From Eledone cirrhosa (taxonomy: Eukaryota): a DNA stretch of 64,000 nt. The notes under the pieces were generated by a model, which was given only the letters and a program-made list of their open reading frames with translations, was not told the origin of the DNA and made no database searches. Location: contig OZ024742.1 in the NCBI GenBank assembly GCA_964016885.1, positions 232,252,001 through 232,316,000 on the forward strand, written 5' to 3'. Below, piece by piece: positions 63,290 through 64,000 of this stretch; position 1 is the first letter of the stretch, and each line of letters opens with the position of its first letter. The translations under genes were made by a program, and so were the position numbers.

Positions 63290-63787
63290 AGGGTGACTTT
63301 GGACATCCTGCAGGAGTAAAAACAAAACCTGTCAAAGGGCAAAGGAGCTCTTAAGAGTCAATGGCCATCCAAAATCACTGGGAGAGATGACCCCTTAGCC
63401 TTTGTCAAGGCAGAATTCTAGGAGAAGGAAAACTCTGATATAACACCTGCAACCCTGATGGTATCCAATGATGTTGACTTGTTCTTCTTTTGGTAAATAT
63501 CATCTTGGTTAAGAGAGTGGGACTGGCTTTGTGCAGTGCCTTTGCTCACTATAAAAGCTTCACGGCACAGGCATTGCTTTATATCTGGAGATCTCTCTGC
63601 ACTTGTCGTCCCATGGTACCAAAGGCAAAGCACTATGTGTCAATAATTGTCACAAGTGTAGTGTTTGTACCAGAGTTTTCAAGTCGCTGGCTGGACTAAA
63701 AAGTCACACTCGTTCAGCGCATCGGTAGGGGTTCTCCTACATGGATATAATGTAGTGGCCGTACTCGAAAACGAGTTGGCAGCCACC
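63290..63787 (+). mobile_element. Non-autonomous RTE-derived element between (TATG)n tracts
   Basis: CTAGGAGAAGGAAAACTCTGA resembles RTE 5' UTRs; homologous to 48160-48703; flanked by (TATG)n at 63188-63290 and 63788-63930. Confidence 0.65.
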
Positions 63788-64000
63788 ATGTATGTATGTA
63801 TGTATGTATGTATGTATGTATGTATGTATGTATGTATGTATGTATGTATGTATGTATGTATGTACGTATGTACGTACGTACGTATGTATGTATGTATGTA
63901 TGTATGTATGTATGTATGTATGTATGTATGTGTATGTATATATGTGTGTATATATATGTATGTATGTGTGTATATATATGTATGTATGTGTGAGTATATA

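Overview
AT-rich, repeat-dense eukaryotic DNA. The SINE/RTE repertoire suggests a cephalopod, probably an octopus (inference, not database-verified). The only host gene I can reconstruct is a minus-strand mitochondrial prolyl-tRNA synthetase (PARS2-like). It has nine phase-compatible GT-AG coding exons between 43948 and 1169 (888 nt, 296 aa) and continues past the left edge; the ORF track misses most of it. Introns and upstream DNA hold CR1-like and RTE LINEs (two with long open RT frames), tRNA-derived SINEs, Helitrons, hAT-Charlie/Buster, mariner and TTAA-type MITEs, a non-autonomous LTR element with a tRNA-Trp PBS, and Penelope-like remnants. Most notable: (1) a cluster of structurally varied type I hammerhead ribozyme motifs beside the Penelope-like remnants; (2) an RTE lineage whose 3' UTR carries a variable 48-bp array and appears to derive from the 3' half of a SINE; (3) a 324-bp spacerless intronic palindrome built from a decayed hammerhead unit; (4) a Helitron with a fully palindromic 3' terminus plus an inverted internal copy of it. 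All assignments come from reading the sequence by eye; no searches were run.
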